64,000 nt of DNA from an uncultured candidate division Zixibacteria bacterium (GTDB taxonomy: Bacteria; Zixibacteria; MSB-5A5; RBG-16-43-9): the NCBI GenBank assembly GCA_963713865.1, contig OY970208.1, forward strand, positions 2,336,001 to 2,400,000, read 5' to 3'. The translations under genes were made by a program, and so were the position numbers. Positions 31,277 through 42,271 of this stretch are shown here, piece after piece; positions within the stretch are counted from its first letter, which is position 1; each line of letters begins with the position of its first letter. The notes under the pieces were generated by a model. The model had not been told where the DNA came from. It saw nothing but the letters and a program-made list of their open reading frames with translations, and did no database searches.

Positions 31277-32132
31277 CTATCTCAACGCTTCCACTCCGCT
31301 TGCTATTTCCACCATCTCCTTGGTTATGGCAGATTGACGGGCTTTGTTGCGGAGCAAGGTTAAATTTTCGATCATCTCCTCTGCGTTTCTGGTAGCGGCT
31401 CCCATAGCGATCATCCGCGAGCCCTGCTCTGAGGCGAAAGCTTCGGCCAACGCCATCTGAACCCGGGTCAGGCAATATCGAGGAAGAAGGTCTCCAAAGA
31501 GCTTCTCCGGAGATGGCTCAAAGATATATTCCAAATAACCCTCATTTTTTTCTTCCGGCCTTTCGATATTAAGAAATTTATCTAATGCTATTCGATAAGA
31601 GGTTGTGGAGATGAATCTGGTGTACAGCAGATATATCTCGTCCACTTCTCTGGATTTGAAAAGCTCCTCGAGGTCAGAAGTTATCTTTTTTACTCTGTTA
31701 AGCTCCGATTTACCTCCTATGTCCAGATACTGCAATCTAATTTCCCAGGGTCTTTTTCGATAATAATAAACCCCCTTTTTCCCGATAAGAATCAGTTTGA
31801 TTTTTTCTTGAGGTTCTGTGTTTAAAAATTCTTCTGCTTTTCTGAAAATATTAACATTATAGGAACCACAAAGACCCCTGTCTGATGTAATGATGACCAA
31901 GCCCTTATGCCTGACCTCTCTTTTTTCAAATAGAGGATGAGTTAAAGCAGTTGAAGCTGAAGACAGATTCTCAAGGATGGTCTGCATTTTTGAAGCATAG
32001 GGTTTGGAGGAGACCAATCTGGTTCTGGGCTTTCCTGAGTTTAGCCGCAGAGATTAACTCCATTGCCCTGGTAAGCTGCATGGTGCTGGAAACTGTTCTT
32101 ATCCTGCGTCTTAATATTTTTAAAGATTCCAT
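31277..32132 (-). CDS. atpG: F1Fo ATP synthase subunit gamma (apparent +1 frameshift near 32021-32024)
   Basis: MESLKILRRRIRTVSSTMQLTRAMELISAAKLRKAQ continues in another frame as LVSSKPY..TSDRGLCG..RQSAITKE; removing 1 nt gives 284 aa. Confidence 0.92.
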
Positions 32133-32213
32133 ATTCTAAATCGAATAACTACTTTAGTAAACCTGAAGGTTTACATTCCAGAGATTTGGGTTCGATAAAT
32201 CAAACCCCTACGT

Positions 32214-33729
32214 TTAGCTTTTAGCTAAAAACTCCTGTTTGAACTTCTGGATTGCTTCATTTAGTTTTTTCTCAGTTGTTTCATCTAAAACTTTAGTCTG
32301 AGATATAGAATGTCTTACATCTGGATACTGGGATTCCATAAATTTATGAAATTCAGCTTCAAAGCTTTTTACCTGCTTCAATTTTAGATCATCTAAATAT
32401 CCATGGGTAGCAACATAGATAATCATTACCTGTTTTTCTAAAGGCATAGGCTCGAACTGGACCTGTTTCAAAATCTCAACTGTCTTTTCTCCCCGATTTA
32501 ACTGGGATCTGGTGGCCTCGTCTAATTCTGAGCCAAACTGGGCAAAAGCAGCTAACTCCCGGTATTGAGCTAAATCCAGCCTGAGCTTACCTGCTACTTT
32601 TTTCATAGCTTTAGTCTGGGCATTACCTCCTACCCTGGAAACAGAGATGCCTACATTGATTGCAGGCCTGACACCAGCATAGAAAAGGTCTGCTTCCAGA
32701 TAAATCTGTCCATCAGTGATGGAGATGACATTTGTGGGTATATATGCAGATACATCTCCAGCCTGGGTCTCGATTATCGGCAAGGCAGTTAGAGAGCCAC
32801 CCCCTAAATCGTCCCTTAATTTGGCGGCTCTTTCCAAGAGTCGTGAATGTAGATAGAAAATATCGCCTGGATAGGCTTCCCGGGCCTGGAGGTCTTCTTA
32901 AAAGCAAAGAGAGCTGTCTGTAGGCTTGAGCATGTTTGGAAAGGTCATCATATATTACCACCACATGTTTTTTATTATATAGAAACTCCTCACCCATAGC
33001 GCAACCAGCATAGGGGGCGATATATTGTAAAGGAGCTGGATCTGCAGCAGGAGCAGCTACTACTGTAGTATATTCCATGGCTTTATAATCCTCAAAGATC
33101 TTCACCACTTGAGCTATGGTTGAATCCTTTTGTCCAACAGCCACATAAATACAATAAATGTCAGAATCCTTTTGATTGATTATAGTATCTAAAGCCAGAG
33201 CAGTTTTTCCAGTTTGACGATCACCAATTATCAATTCTCTCTGGCCACGCCCGATTGGAATCATAGAATCAATTGCTTTCAATCCAGTTTGGACCGGCTC
33301 TTTGACCGGCTGTCTCTGCACTACATTTGGGGCTCTTCCTTCGATGGGACGATATTTATCTGTAACGATAGGACCTTTACCATCCAAAGGTTGTCCCAGG
33401 GCATTGACTACTCTTCCAATTAAAGCATCACCTACCGGGACTGAGGCGATCCTGCCAGTTCTTTTTACAATATCTCCTTCTTTTATCTTCTGGTCTGAGC
33501 CAAAAAGGGCGGCTCCTACATTGTCTTCTTCTAAGTTAAGGATTACTCCAATTATATCATTCGGGAACTGGATTAACTCGCTCATCATCGCATCTTCCAG
33601 TCCCCAGATCCGGGCGATACCATCTCCAACCTGGAGAACAACCCCGACGCTTTCCATTTCTAACCTGGTCTTGTATTTCTCTATCTCTTTTTGAATTATC
33701 TGACTGACCTCTTCGGGTCTTAAAGGCAT
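32214..33729 (-). CDS. atpA: F1Fo ATP synthase subunit alpha (apparent +1 frameshift at 32882-32884)
   Basis: [20 protein letters not shown] interrupted by one extra C (GGC C CGG GAA); removing it gives 504 aa. Confidence 0.95.
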
Positions 33730-33762
33730 AATTATTACCTCGCTATTCGCTTTTCGATTTTT

Positions 33763-34308
33763 TTAAACTTTCAGGCTTAGAAGCCTTTCTTTTAGTTTGT
33801 CCAGCTCGGTTCTGATGCTGTGGTCGATTATCTGATTACCGATTATCACCCTGATCCCGCCAATTAATCCTGGATCGATTTTCAAGATCAGACTCACTTT
33901 TTTACCGGCTTTTTTCTCCAGGATTTCCTTTAAGGGAAAAGAAAGTTTTTCATCTAAGCTCAGAACAGTGATAACCTGAGCTTCAACCAGCCCTTCCTTT
34001 TCTTTCAAAAGTTTGTCGTACCGGGTATTTATTCCAGAAATATGCTGCAGTCTGCCTTTATTTAAAAGGAAAAGCAGGAACTGCAAAAGGAGCTCGGAGA
34101 TTCTTCCTCTAAAACTTTCTTGTAGCATTTTTCCCTTCTCTTCATGGGAAATCTGAGGAGCTTCCAGAAAAGCCCTTAGCTCTGCGTTTTTCTCCCAGAA
34201 TTCAGAGATTAGAGACAGATTTTCTTGAATTTCCCGGGTTAAGTTAGCAGATCCAGCTGCATTGAAAAGGGCAAGGGTATACCTTTTGATTACTATCTGG
34301 TCGGTCAT
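33763..34308 (-). CDS. atpH: ATP synthase subunit delta
   Basis: RYTLALF, IDPGLIGGI..IDHSIR; operon position. Confidence 0.92.
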   Translation of the reverse strand: MTDQIVIKRYTLALFNAAGSANLTREIQENLSLISEFWEKNAELRAFLEAPQISHEEKGKMLQESFRGRISELLLQFLLFLLNKGRLQHISGINTRYDKLLKEKEGLVEAQVITVLSLDEKLSFPLKEILEKKAGKKVSLILKIDPGLIGGIRVIIGNQIIDHSIRTELDKLKERLLSLKV

Positions 34309-34790
34309 TCTATTTTCTCCAGCCCCTGAATGAAATCAGAGATAAACTTTCTATCTTTCTCTTCATCCAGTTTCTCCTGGATGATCTTCTCTGCTGCCCG
34401 GAGGCTTAGATCCACTAATTCATTTTTAAGCTGAACTTTTGCCTTTTCAAGTTCCCTCTGAATTTCCTCTTTTGAACGATTCATAATCTCCAGCGCATCT
34501 TTTCGGGCACTCTCTTTTATCTGGCTTGCCATCTGCTGACCTTCTTTTGCCGCCTCTAAAATCTTCTGCCGTGCCAATCCTTCGATATCTTTAAGCTTGG
34601 CTTCATAATCGGAGGAGAGCCCTTTTACAATATTTTTTTCCTCATCGATCTTATCGTATTCTGATTTTATTTTAGACCGACGTTCCTCCAAAATACCCAA
34701 GAGAGGCTTCCAGGCAAATTTCTTGAGGATAAAAAGGGCTAAAAGAAAACCGATAATCTGGGTGATAACCTGTCCGAATTCTAAATTCAT
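34305..34790 (-). CDS. atpF: ATP synthase subunit b
   Basis: N-terminal TM, KFAWKPLL..LEERR, coiled coil. Confidence 0.93.
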   Translation of the reverse strand: MNLEFGQVITQIIGFLLALFILKKFAWKPLLGILEERRSKIKSEYDKIDEEKNIVKGLSSDYEAKLKDIEGLARQKILEAAKEGQQMASQIKESARKDALEIMNRSKEEIQRELEKAKVQLKNELVDLSLRAAEKIIQEKLDEEKDRKFISDFIQGLEKIE

Positions 34791-34905
34791 TTAGATACCT
34801 CTTAGATAAAAAGGGATGGATATCTTAATCATCTTTTCCCCAAAGAAGGAGAACCTATTTGTTAAGGTTATCCTTGGCGACCCTAAAAGGGTCGTACCAT
34901 TTTTT

Positions 34906-35139
34906 TTAACCTATCTTGCCAGATAAGACGAAAACTGTAACTAGGGCATAAATGGTTAGAGCTTCCAAAAGTGCACAGCCGATGATCATTCCTACCTGGA
35001 TTTTTCCCGCGGCTTCAGGCTGTCTTCCCATTGCCTCCATAGCGGCTGAGACGGCTCTACCCAGACCTATAGCAGAACCAAAAGCTGCCAAGGCTAATCC
35101 AAAGGGTAAAGCCAAGGCTAATGCAGTCTGATAAGTCAT
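34906..35139 (-). CDS. atpE: ATP synthase subunit c (probably H+-type)
   Basis: GRQPEA loop and LEALTIY; lacks the Na+ signature Q..ES/T. Confidence 0.95.
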   Translation of the reverse strand: MTYQTALALALPFGLALAAFGSAIGLGRAVSAAMEAMGRQPEAAGKIQVGMIIGCALLEALTIYALVTVFVLSGKIG

Positions 35140-35179
35140 ATTTTTCCTCCTTCATTTAAGAAAAGTTATAGGTTATTAA

Positions 35180-36016
35180 TTAATGATTTTCCTCCTCGTA
35201 TGGCATCATTAGTAAAAAGTATATTGTCGACAGCAGGGTAAACACCAGAGCTTGTATAGTCCCAGTAAGCAAAGCTAAGAAGATAAAAGGGACCTGTAAA
35301 GGCAAACCGATGGGTAGATTTAAAAAGCTCAAAGCTAAAACTCCCAGGCTCACGAAAACAGCTATCAGAATATCCTCCCCGGTGATATTTCCAAAAAGTC
35401 GCAAAGAAAGGCTCATCGGTTTTGCCAGCTCTCCAATGATATGAATTGGCAGGTTTATGGGAACCAGAACCCAGGTGATAAAATCACGGGGACTACCAGC
35501 TAAATGGTCTATATACCCCAGAAGCCCCAGGTTTTTAATCCCGGTGAATTGAACATAGATAAACACGCAGACAGCTAAGGCGACTGTGGTATTCAGAGAA
35601 GATGATGGAGACTTCATCCCAGGGATCAAGCCCAAGAAATTCATACATAGAATATATATGAAAAGAGTACCCAGGAACGGAGTGAACTTTCTTCCTCCCG
35701 GACCCAAAATTCCGCAGATGAAGTTGTCTAAACTTTCAACTGCCATTTCCATTAAGTTCTGTAACTTACCAGGATGAAGCGCTTTTTTCCTTGAGGAGAA
35801 ATAAAACAAAAGTCCCAGGATCAAAATGATTATGAGGGAAAAGACCACATTCTCCCATATATGCAGGAAATGGACAAAGGCGATTTTGCCGTATTTTGCA
35901 TAAAGTAGAGTTATGAAATTAGGCAGTTCTGGCGCACCTTCAGAAGATGCTTCTTTACCAGCATGTTTTACTGTGGTCTCGACTAAAAAAAGAAATCTAT
36001 TTAAAATATAAAACAT
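35180..36016 (-). CDS. atpB: ATP synthase subunit a
   Basis: PGKLQN, NFLGLIP, SLSLRLFGN, IQALVFTLL. Confidence 0.95.
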   Translation of the reverse strand: MFYILNRFLFLVETTVKHAGKEASSEGAPELPNFITLLYAKYGKIAFVHFLHIWENVVFSLIIILILGLLFYFSSRKKALHPGKLQNLMEMAVESLDNFICGILGPGGRKFTPFLGTLFIYILCMNFLGLIPGMKSPSSSLNTTVALAVCVFIYVQFTGIKNLGLLGYIDHLAGSPRDFITWVLVPINLPIHIIGELAKPMSLSLRLFGNITGEDILIAVFVSLGVLALSFLNLPIGLPLQVPFIFLALLTGTIQALVFTLLSTIYFLLMMPYEEENH

Positions 36017-36023
36017 AATTTAT

Positions 36024-36446
36024 TTACTTTTTAATCTTATTATTTGAGTTGGAAGATAAAAGTTTTTTATCTTCTTCCTTAGAGATTCCGGAAAGCACCA
36101 CTCTACCTAAAGCTTTTAAAAAAGTAACTGCAAAGATCAAGGTAAATCCGACAAGTAGGCTTTCTACAGGGAAATATTTAAGCCAGAGGAGTATATATCC
36201 GGTGAAATAAAGCAAGGGAAATTTGACTAACAGGATCAGGACCAGTTTGCTTTTGTTTGGTTTTTTCAAACTAAAAGCCTCAGTTATCAATTGAGTAATG
36301 AAAAAAAGGTTCAGACAGCCCCAGACTGTTCCTAGGAATAGACCCAAACCAAAAGGGAAACTATAATATACCCCGACAAAGAAAAAAGATAGGGCGGAAA
36401 CTATCAAAGAAGTTCGGATTATCCTGTATATAAATTCTATACCCAT
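36024..36446 (-). CDS. atpI: ATP synthase subunit I-like membrane protein
   Basis: Four TM segments, directly upstream of atpB. Confidence 0.7.
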   Translation of the reverse strand: MGIEFIYRIIRTSLIVSALSFFFVGVYYSFPFGLGLFLGTVWGCLNLFFITQLITEAFSLKKPNKSKLVLILLVKFPLLYFTGYILLWLKYFPVESLLVGFTLIFAVTFLKALGRVVLSGISKEEDKKLLSSNSNNKIKK

Positions 36447-36450
36447 AATC

Positions 36451-36702
36451 TCAATTTTTCAAATTGTGATCTTTATCCATTTCCTTCATAGCCTTTTTAG
36501 TTAGGTTGTAGACCTCCTTGCCTGAAGCGATACAACCGAATATCAAAAATAAAATCATTAAATAAGGCTCAGTATGAAGTTTTCTATCCAAGAATTTGCC
36601 TATGAGAAGTCCGATTATTGGCCCGGCAGCTAAGACTATAGGGATAACCGTATAAATCCCTGCCTGCCTTAGATAAGAGTAATACTCATCTTTCTTTTCC
36701 AT
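36451..36702 (-). CDS. AtpZ/AtpI-family small membrane protein
   Basis: GLLIGKFLDRKLHTEP motif, two TM segments, first gene of the atp operon. Confidence 0.8.
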   Translation of the reverse strand: MEKKDEYYSYLRQAGIYTVIPIVLAAGPIIGLLIGKFLDRKLHTEPYLMILFLIFGCIASGKEVYNLTKKAMKEMDKDHNLKN

Positions 36703-36738
36703 TTCGATCTTTTAACCTGCATAGTCTTAAAAATAAAC

Positions 36739-36766
36739 ATTATATATACCAAACTAAAAAAGTCAA
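36739..36766 (-). promoter_or_regulatory. Sigma-70-like promoter of the atp operon
   Basis: TTGACT-16nt-TATAAT. Confidence 0.55.
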
Positions 36767-36984
36767 GAATTTTTAAAAATATGTAGCGGTGGTCTTCAGA
36801 CCTCTATATATTAAAATGATTGCAATGGTTTACTGTTTGCTGGTCTCCTGAGCAACAAACATATCTTCGTTGGTGAGGATACCAATCCTACGGACCCCTG
36901 ATTTTGGGTCTGGATGAAAAATTCGGACGAAGAACGGTTGTAAGGGTAGATGGGGCAGAGCCTGAGTTGCCCCTACTATAAAAA

Positions 36985-38437
36985 ATGAAAAAGTCCAACA
37001 GATATCTGCATTACTTTCTTATAACCATAGCTGGCATCTTAATCTTTTTACCAGGTATTTTCTCCTTTTTCAATTCGGATGATTTTGTTCTGGCTAAAAA
37101 ATTCGCAAAAAATAAGTTTTAATACGATATCATCTTTGGCATCAAATTATGACTCGGTTATTAAGTTCAGACCTTTAGTCCATTTTTTCTTCCAGCTTAT
37201 TTATTCTTTCTCCGCATTAAACCCTTTAGGTTATCATCTGACTGGATTAATTTTCCATTTGTTAAACGCCCTTATTTTCTATACTCTGCTCTTGAAATTT
37301 ACCTCCCGTAATCAACTCTCGTTTATCTCTGCATTGATCTTCGTTTCCGGTTTTGCACAGGAAGAAGCTCTTTTCTGGATCTCTGCCATTTCCAGTCTAT
37401 TGGTTACTTTCTTTTACCTCTGTTCAGTCTGGTCTTTCTGGACCTATCTGGAGAATAAAAAGATTGGATTTTATATTATTTCCTTTTTATTATCTGTTTT
37501 AGCTTTACTTTCTAAAGAGGATGGGGTTACTATTTTCTTGGCATTGTTTTTATTGGTTTACTTCAAAACTTCAGGGGAGGTTTTATTTAAACTCAAGCAA
37601 GGTTTCAAGTATGCTTTGCCCTTTTTAGGATTGTCCATTTTATACTCCATGACAAGATATTTGACTGTGCCGGATAATATCATGTCTAAGTTTTTAACTT
37701 TTAATCCGGTGGTAATAATTAAGAACATCTGTTATTTTGGAATAAGCTTACTTTTTCCGGTAAGATTTTTCTTTGACTTAGTTGGCTTTCAGGTGCATTC
37801 CTATTTGAATAATATAATTCAATTAAGATTAGATAATTTCTGGGTGATATCGATTTTGATAATAATAAGTTTGATTTTCCTTTTATCATTTCTCTATTTT
37901 AGGAGAAAGAGAATTTCTGGCTTTAAGTTGGGATTGGTTTTGTTTGTTCTGGGGATTCTGCCTTATCTTCCGGTTAACGGAAATGGGCAACGCTTTCTTT
38001 ATTTTCCTTCTTTGGGATTCTCCATGATCTTGGCGAGTTTGCTCCTTTATATTTCAAACAAAGTAAAGAAGATCAAAGTGTTAAATCTGGTAGTCGTGCT
38101 TATCATGATTTTTAATGGGGCAATTCTTTATGAGCGAAGTAGCTGGTGGAGAAAAGCTGGAAGAGTCTGCCAGGAGATTGTTGATAAGGCGGGAAAGATA
38201 GTTTCGTCTGCTCCTGAGAGTTCAAAAATTTATTTTGCTAACCTCCCCCAAAGGATAAATGGAGCCTATACCTTTCATACTGGTTTTGAAGAAGCAATTC
38301 ATCTTTTTTATCCTGAACATAAAGTAAAGGTTTATGATCTGGGACAGTTTAAAGAAGATGAACTTGAAGTTGTGAGGAATAGTTTTAAGGATAACATTTA
38401 TATTTTTAAGAAAGGAGAGTTTGAGAGGGTATTTTAA
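36985..38437 (+). CDS. Polytopic GT-C-like (PMT/ArnT/TMTC-type) membrane glycosyltransferase (apparent +1 frameshift at ~37087-37090)
   Basis: Upstream frame MKKSNRYLH..TM..FNSDDF joins WLKNS..FRPL..YHLTGLIFHLLNA..LLSKE..RFLYFPS; 483 aa if repaired. Confidence 0.65.
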
Positions 38438-38444
38438 TTATAGA

Positions 38445-38840
38445 GCCAGGTTTAAAACCTGCCCTTACAAGTTTTTCCCCCGTCTGGTGGCGACTGGGTC
38501 AGAGTGCCATCCCCAAACTTGTTAGGGATGTTATAAATTTAAACACCCTCAAACGAGTTTGAGGGTACCACCCACCTCATTCCATTTCCCGTCTCCTGTC
38601 AGGAGAGTTAGGGGTATAGTCATATTACTTCGGGTTCGATAAATCGAACCACTACAGAAATCGTAACGCACGACCTTCGTGTCGTGCGTCCTTTATTCGT
38701 CCTATAGAAATGTCGGACATTGCAAGTTTTGCCAAAAACAAAAATGGAAGGCTAAAAGCCTTCTGCTATAAAAAAACATCTGGGATAAACCCAGACGCTA
38801 CTGAATCTCCGTGGTCACGATACACGAATCACGGCCACGT
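38445..38840. repeat. Dense patchwork of different REP-like hairpins between convergent genes
   Basis: ACCCTCAAACGAGTTTGAGGGT, GGTTCGATAAATCGAACC, ACGCACGAC..GTCGTGCGT, GAAGGCTAAAAGCCTTC, TCTGGGATAAACCCAGACGCTAC, CGTGGTCACG..CGGCCACG. Confidence 0.75.
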
Positions 38841-38851
38841 TTTTTTAATCT

Positions 38852-40546
38852 TTAAACCGTAGTCTCAGCAATAACCTCCTCTACAGTAGTAATCCCTTTT
38901 TTTATTTTTTCTATAGCCGCCATCCTCAGAGTCAACATACCATTAGTGACAGCATATTCCTTTATATCCTGACTGGATTTACCCTCCATAATCATCTTCT
39001 CAATCTCCGGGGTTATGGGCATAATTTCAAACAGACCGGTTCTGCCGGAAAAACCGGTATTATTACATTCCTGACAACCCTTACCCTGATAAACCTTGAA
39101 ATCTTTAATCTCGTTCTCCGGAACACCTAATCTCAAAAGTGCTTCCGGCTTCACTTTAACTTCATCTTTGCAAAAATTGCAGATCTTTCTTACCATTCTC
39201 TGAGCCATTATTAATCTTACGGCTGAAGCCACCAGATAACCGGGCACTCCTATGTCTACCAGCCGGTTGATGGTACTCGCCGCATCATTCGTATGCACCG
39301 TAGAGAAAACTAAATGTCCGGTTAAAGCGGCTCGAATAGCTATATCGGCTGTTTCCCCGTCTCTTATCTCTCCCACCATGATAACATCCGGGTCCTGGCG
39401 TAGAAAGGACCTTAAACAGGTGGCAAAGGTAAAACCTATCTCGCTCTTTACCTGCACTTGATTTATCCCATCAAAATTGAACTCAACTGGATCTTCAGCC
39501 GTCATTATATTTATATCCGGTTCATTAATCTGTTTTAAAGCCGAATACAGAGTGGTGGTTTTACCGCTTCCCGTGGGACCGGTTACTAAAACCATTCCGT
39601 AAGGTAACTTGATCGCTTCTGCAAATTGTTTTAATCCCTTTTCCGGAAATCCAAGTTTAGTCAGATCCACCATCAAGCTTCTCGGATCCAGAATACGCAT
39701 AACCACTTTCTCTCCGAAGATAGTTGGCAGAACTGATACTCGAATATCCACTGCCCGGTCTCCTATCTTGACTTTGATCCTTCCATCCTGTGGCAGTCTT
39801 CTCTCTGAAATATCCAAATCTGCCATAATTTTTACCCTGGAGACAATAGCCGGTCGATATTTGAAAGGTAAAGGTGACATCTCCTGCAGGTTACCGTCGA
39901 GTCGGTATCTTACCCTGATCCTTTTTTCGTAGCTCTCAATATGAATATCTGAAGCACCTCTTTTGATGGCATCAGAGATAATTCCATCTACTAATTTAAC
40001 TAATGGTTTATCCTGAACTGCTGAGCGCAGGTCCTGTTCAGTGGGAACCTCTTCGGAAGCTTCGATGACCTCCAGATCCTCATCTTTCATCCCTTTGAGG
40101 ATCTCGTCTATACCGGAACTTTCCTGATAGTAGGCATCGATAGCTTTCTGGATAGCTTTTTCCGGGCTGATGACTGGCTGAATAGAACACCCGGTGATGA
40201 ATTTTACTGCATCTAATACATAGATATTATTGGGATCCGAGATGGCTACAATTAAGGTGCGGCCTAATTTGCTTACCGCAATGACGTTGAATTTCCTGGC
40301 TATATCTGCAGGTATAAGCTTGACCACCTCAGGGTTAAGCTCTATATCCGAAAGCCTTAAAGCTCCTATGTTAAGCTGTCTCCCGATAAATTCAGAGAGC
40401 TCCTCTTCATCCTGGATAGCTCCCATCTTTAACAGGACCTGCCCTAACTTGGCTTCTCCTTTTTTCTGCAGCTCTAAAGCTTTTTCGAGCTGTTCCTGAC
40501 TGATCTTACCAGCCTTGACCAGCATTTCCCCTAATTCCACAGACAT
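38852..40546 (-). CDS. pilB: Type IV pilus assembly ATPase PilB (GspE/PulE family)
   Basis: MshEN-like N-terminus, ASDIHIE, RLPQDG, GPTGSGKTTT, LRQDPD, GHLVFSTVHTN, CxxC..CxxC zinc site. Confidence 0.93.
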   Translation of the reverse strand: MSVELGEMLVKAGKISQEQLEKALELQKKGEAKLGQVLLKMGAIQDEEELSEFIGRQLNIGALRLSDIELNPEVVKLIPADIARKFNVIAVSKLGRTLIVAISDPNNIYVLDAVKFITGCSIQPVISPEKAIQKAIDAYYQESSGIDEILKGMKDEDLEVIEASEEVPTEQDLRSAVQDKPLVKLVDGIISDAIKRGASDIHIESYEKRIRVRYRLDGNLQEMSPLPFKYRPAIVSRVKIMADLDISERRLPQDGRIKVKIGDRAVDIRVSVLPTIFGEKVVMRILDPRSLMVDLTKLGFPEKGLKQFAEAIKLPYGMVLVTGPTGSGKTTTLYSALKQINEPDINIMTAEDPVEFNFDGINQVQVKSEIGFTFATCLRSFLRQDPDVIMVGEIRDGETADIAIRAALTGHLVFSTVHTNDAASTINRLVDIGVPGYLVASAVRLIMAQRMVRKICNFCKDEVKVKPEALLRLGVPENEIKDFKVYQGKGCQECNNTGFSGRTGLFEIMPITPEIEKMIMEGKSSQDIKEYAVTNGMLTLRMAAIEKIKKGITTVEEVIAETTV

Positions 40547-40629
40547 ACTTCCTGCCCTATCCTACGGATCAGTTTCTCTGAAAGATGGTGAAGCTAAGGC
40601 TAACCCGAATCAGAATCTTAAGGTCAGTT

Positions 40630-41118
40630 CTAATCCTTAAAAATATCATTAAGTCTGTCTTCAGCTGACGCGGTGAACCCGGAATCGATTGCCGGCTCGC
40701 TTTTCTTTTTCTCTTTATGAGCCTGCTCTAAAATCGAAGCCAATTCTTCACCGCACTCCTTAGCATAAAGTCTGACCATACCTATGGTAGTGCGATCATC
40801 GAATATAACCACCAGTATCGATCTTTCACCTACCAAAGTGATATGAATATGGTCCCTTTTTCCCTGATGGAAAAGAACTGAAAATTCTGGCTCACCAACC
40901 AGTCGAGCGATTTCCCGCGTAGAGGCAAAACTTCCTGCCAGAAGAGCTGCCAGAGCAGTTGTATCCAGGGAATGGGTAAAACCCTGACGGGTTATCAGGT
41001 GTCCATCTTTATCCACCAAGAGGGCACACTTAGCTTCAGCCCCTTTGATCAGCTTGATCAAAGTCCGATCGATTTTCTCGATCTCCTCCTCATAGATAAT
41101 CAAGCTATCCTCCTGCAA
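40630..41118 (-). CDS. mglB: MglB roadblock protein (GAP-type)
   Basis: TTG start with SD GGAGG; LIIYEEE..ALLVDKDGHLI..LAALLAGSFAST..LFHQG..IGMVRL, Myxococcus MglB-like. Confidence 0.88.
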   Translation of the reverse strand: MQEDSLIIYEEEIEKIDRTLIKLIKGAEAKCALLVDKDGHLITRQGFTHSLDTTALAALLAGSFASTREIARLVGEPEFSVLFHQGKRDHIHITLVGERSILVVIFDDRTTIGMVRLYAKECGEELASILEQAHKEKKKSEPAIDSGFTASAEDRLNDIFKD

Positions 41119-41121
41119 TTT

Positions 41122-42258
41122 TTACCTCCTATCTACTATTTTTCTTATCCATCTCCACCAGAATTTGCCCCAGATGGATTTAGTTCTCTTTTGTTTAAGC
41201 ATAGGAGAAGTGATAATTTTCTCCTGTAAAAGAGGTTTTACTTTTTCAGTTTTAGCTACTTCAGCCGGTTGTTCCAGCACTTCTTTCTCTAAAATCTTCT
41301 CAGTTTCAAGGGCTTCCTTTTCAATTTCGAATTGACCTGGGATTAAAGTTTTCTCTTCCTTTTCACCAACTTCTTCAACTTTCTCTATTCTTTCCTCCTC
41401 GATTTCTATGGTTTTTTCTACTTTCTCTATTCTCTCAACTTTCTCTTCTTTCTCCATTTTCTTTATTGGCTTCTCTTCTTCCATCTTCTTAACTGGCTCA
41501 TACTTCTCTACTGGTTTTTTTTCTAAAACTCCTCTATCCGGAATAATTCTGGAAACTGGCTCTATTTCTATTCTTTCTCTTTCAACTGGAGATGGAACAA
41601 AAAGTTTTGGCTGAGCAACAACTGTAACTTGTTCCTTTTTTACGGATACAAGTTCGGGTTTTTCCTCGGTCTCCGGTTTTCCTCTGGCTTTCTCCAGCAC
41701 TAAATTGCTGATCCCTTTAAGGGTATCGAAAACCCCTTCACCGGTTGACGCCACAGCTTCATAATAAGGTAGTCCTCTGGGGTTCAAAGCCTTCTCCAGC
41801 TCTTCAATAGTTGACACCTCATCTAAGTCTCTTTTATTATATTGCATGATCATCGGAAGCTCTTCTAAGACGTAACCGTACTCTTCCAGGTTCTCCACCA
41901 GATTATTCATGCTTTCGATGTTCTCCTCTAATTTAGCTACTTGCGAATCAGCCACAAAAACTAAACCATCAACTCCTCTTAATACTAACTTACGAGTAGC
42001 ATTATAATAAACCTGACCCGGTACCGTATATAGCTGAAATTTGGTCGAAAACCCCTGCACCGGCCCAATATCCAAAGGTAGAAAATCAAAATAAAGCGTT
42101 CGGTCCGCATCCGTAGCCAAAGAGATCAACTCCCCTTTGGTCTTGGGAGGGGCTTTTTTATGTATATAAATGAGGTTGGTGGTTTTACCACTCAACCCCG
42201 GTCCATAATAAACTATCTTACAGCAGATTTCTCTGAAAGCATAGTTGATCGAGACCAT
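41122..42258 (-). CDS. mglA: MglA small GTPase with ~180-aa charged C-terminal extension
   Basis: KIVYYGPGLSGKTTNL, RTLYFDF, YTVPGQ, QYNKRD; E/K/P-rich tail ending SIWGKFWWRWIRKIVDRR. Confidence 0.92.
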   Translation of the reverse strand: MVSINYAFREICCKIVYYGPGLSGKTTNLIYIHKKAPPKTKGELISLATDADRTLYFDFLPLDIGPVQGFSTKFQLYTVPGQVYYNATRKLVLRGVDGLVFVADSQVAKLEENIESMNNLVENLEEYGYVLEELPMIMQYNKRDLDEVSTIEELEKALNPRGLPYYEAVASTGEGVFDTLKGISNLVLEKARGKPETEEKPELVSVKKEQVTVVAQPKLFVPSPVERERIEIEPVSRIIPDRGVLEKKPVEKYEPVKKMEEEKPIKKMEKEEKVERIEKVEKTIEIEEERIEKVEEVGEKEEKTLIPGQFEIEKEALETEKILEKEVLEQPAEVAKTEKVKPLLQEKIITSPMLKQKRTKSIWGKFWWRWIRKIVDRR

Positions 42259-42271
42259 GTTGCTCTATTCT

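Noticed and set aside
31277-33729. Decaying ATP synthase or programmed frameshifting
   Set aside because: Proteins are otherwise intact, there are no slippery heptamers, and the same +1 pattern occurs in unrelated genes; sequencing error is more parsimonious.
34906-35139. Na+-translocating or N-type ATPase
   Set aside because: The c subunit lacks Na+ ligands, and the gene order with atpH is canonical F-type.
38445-38840. CRISPR array
   Set aside because: The hairpins differ from each other, there is no constant repeat-spacer period and no cas genes are present.
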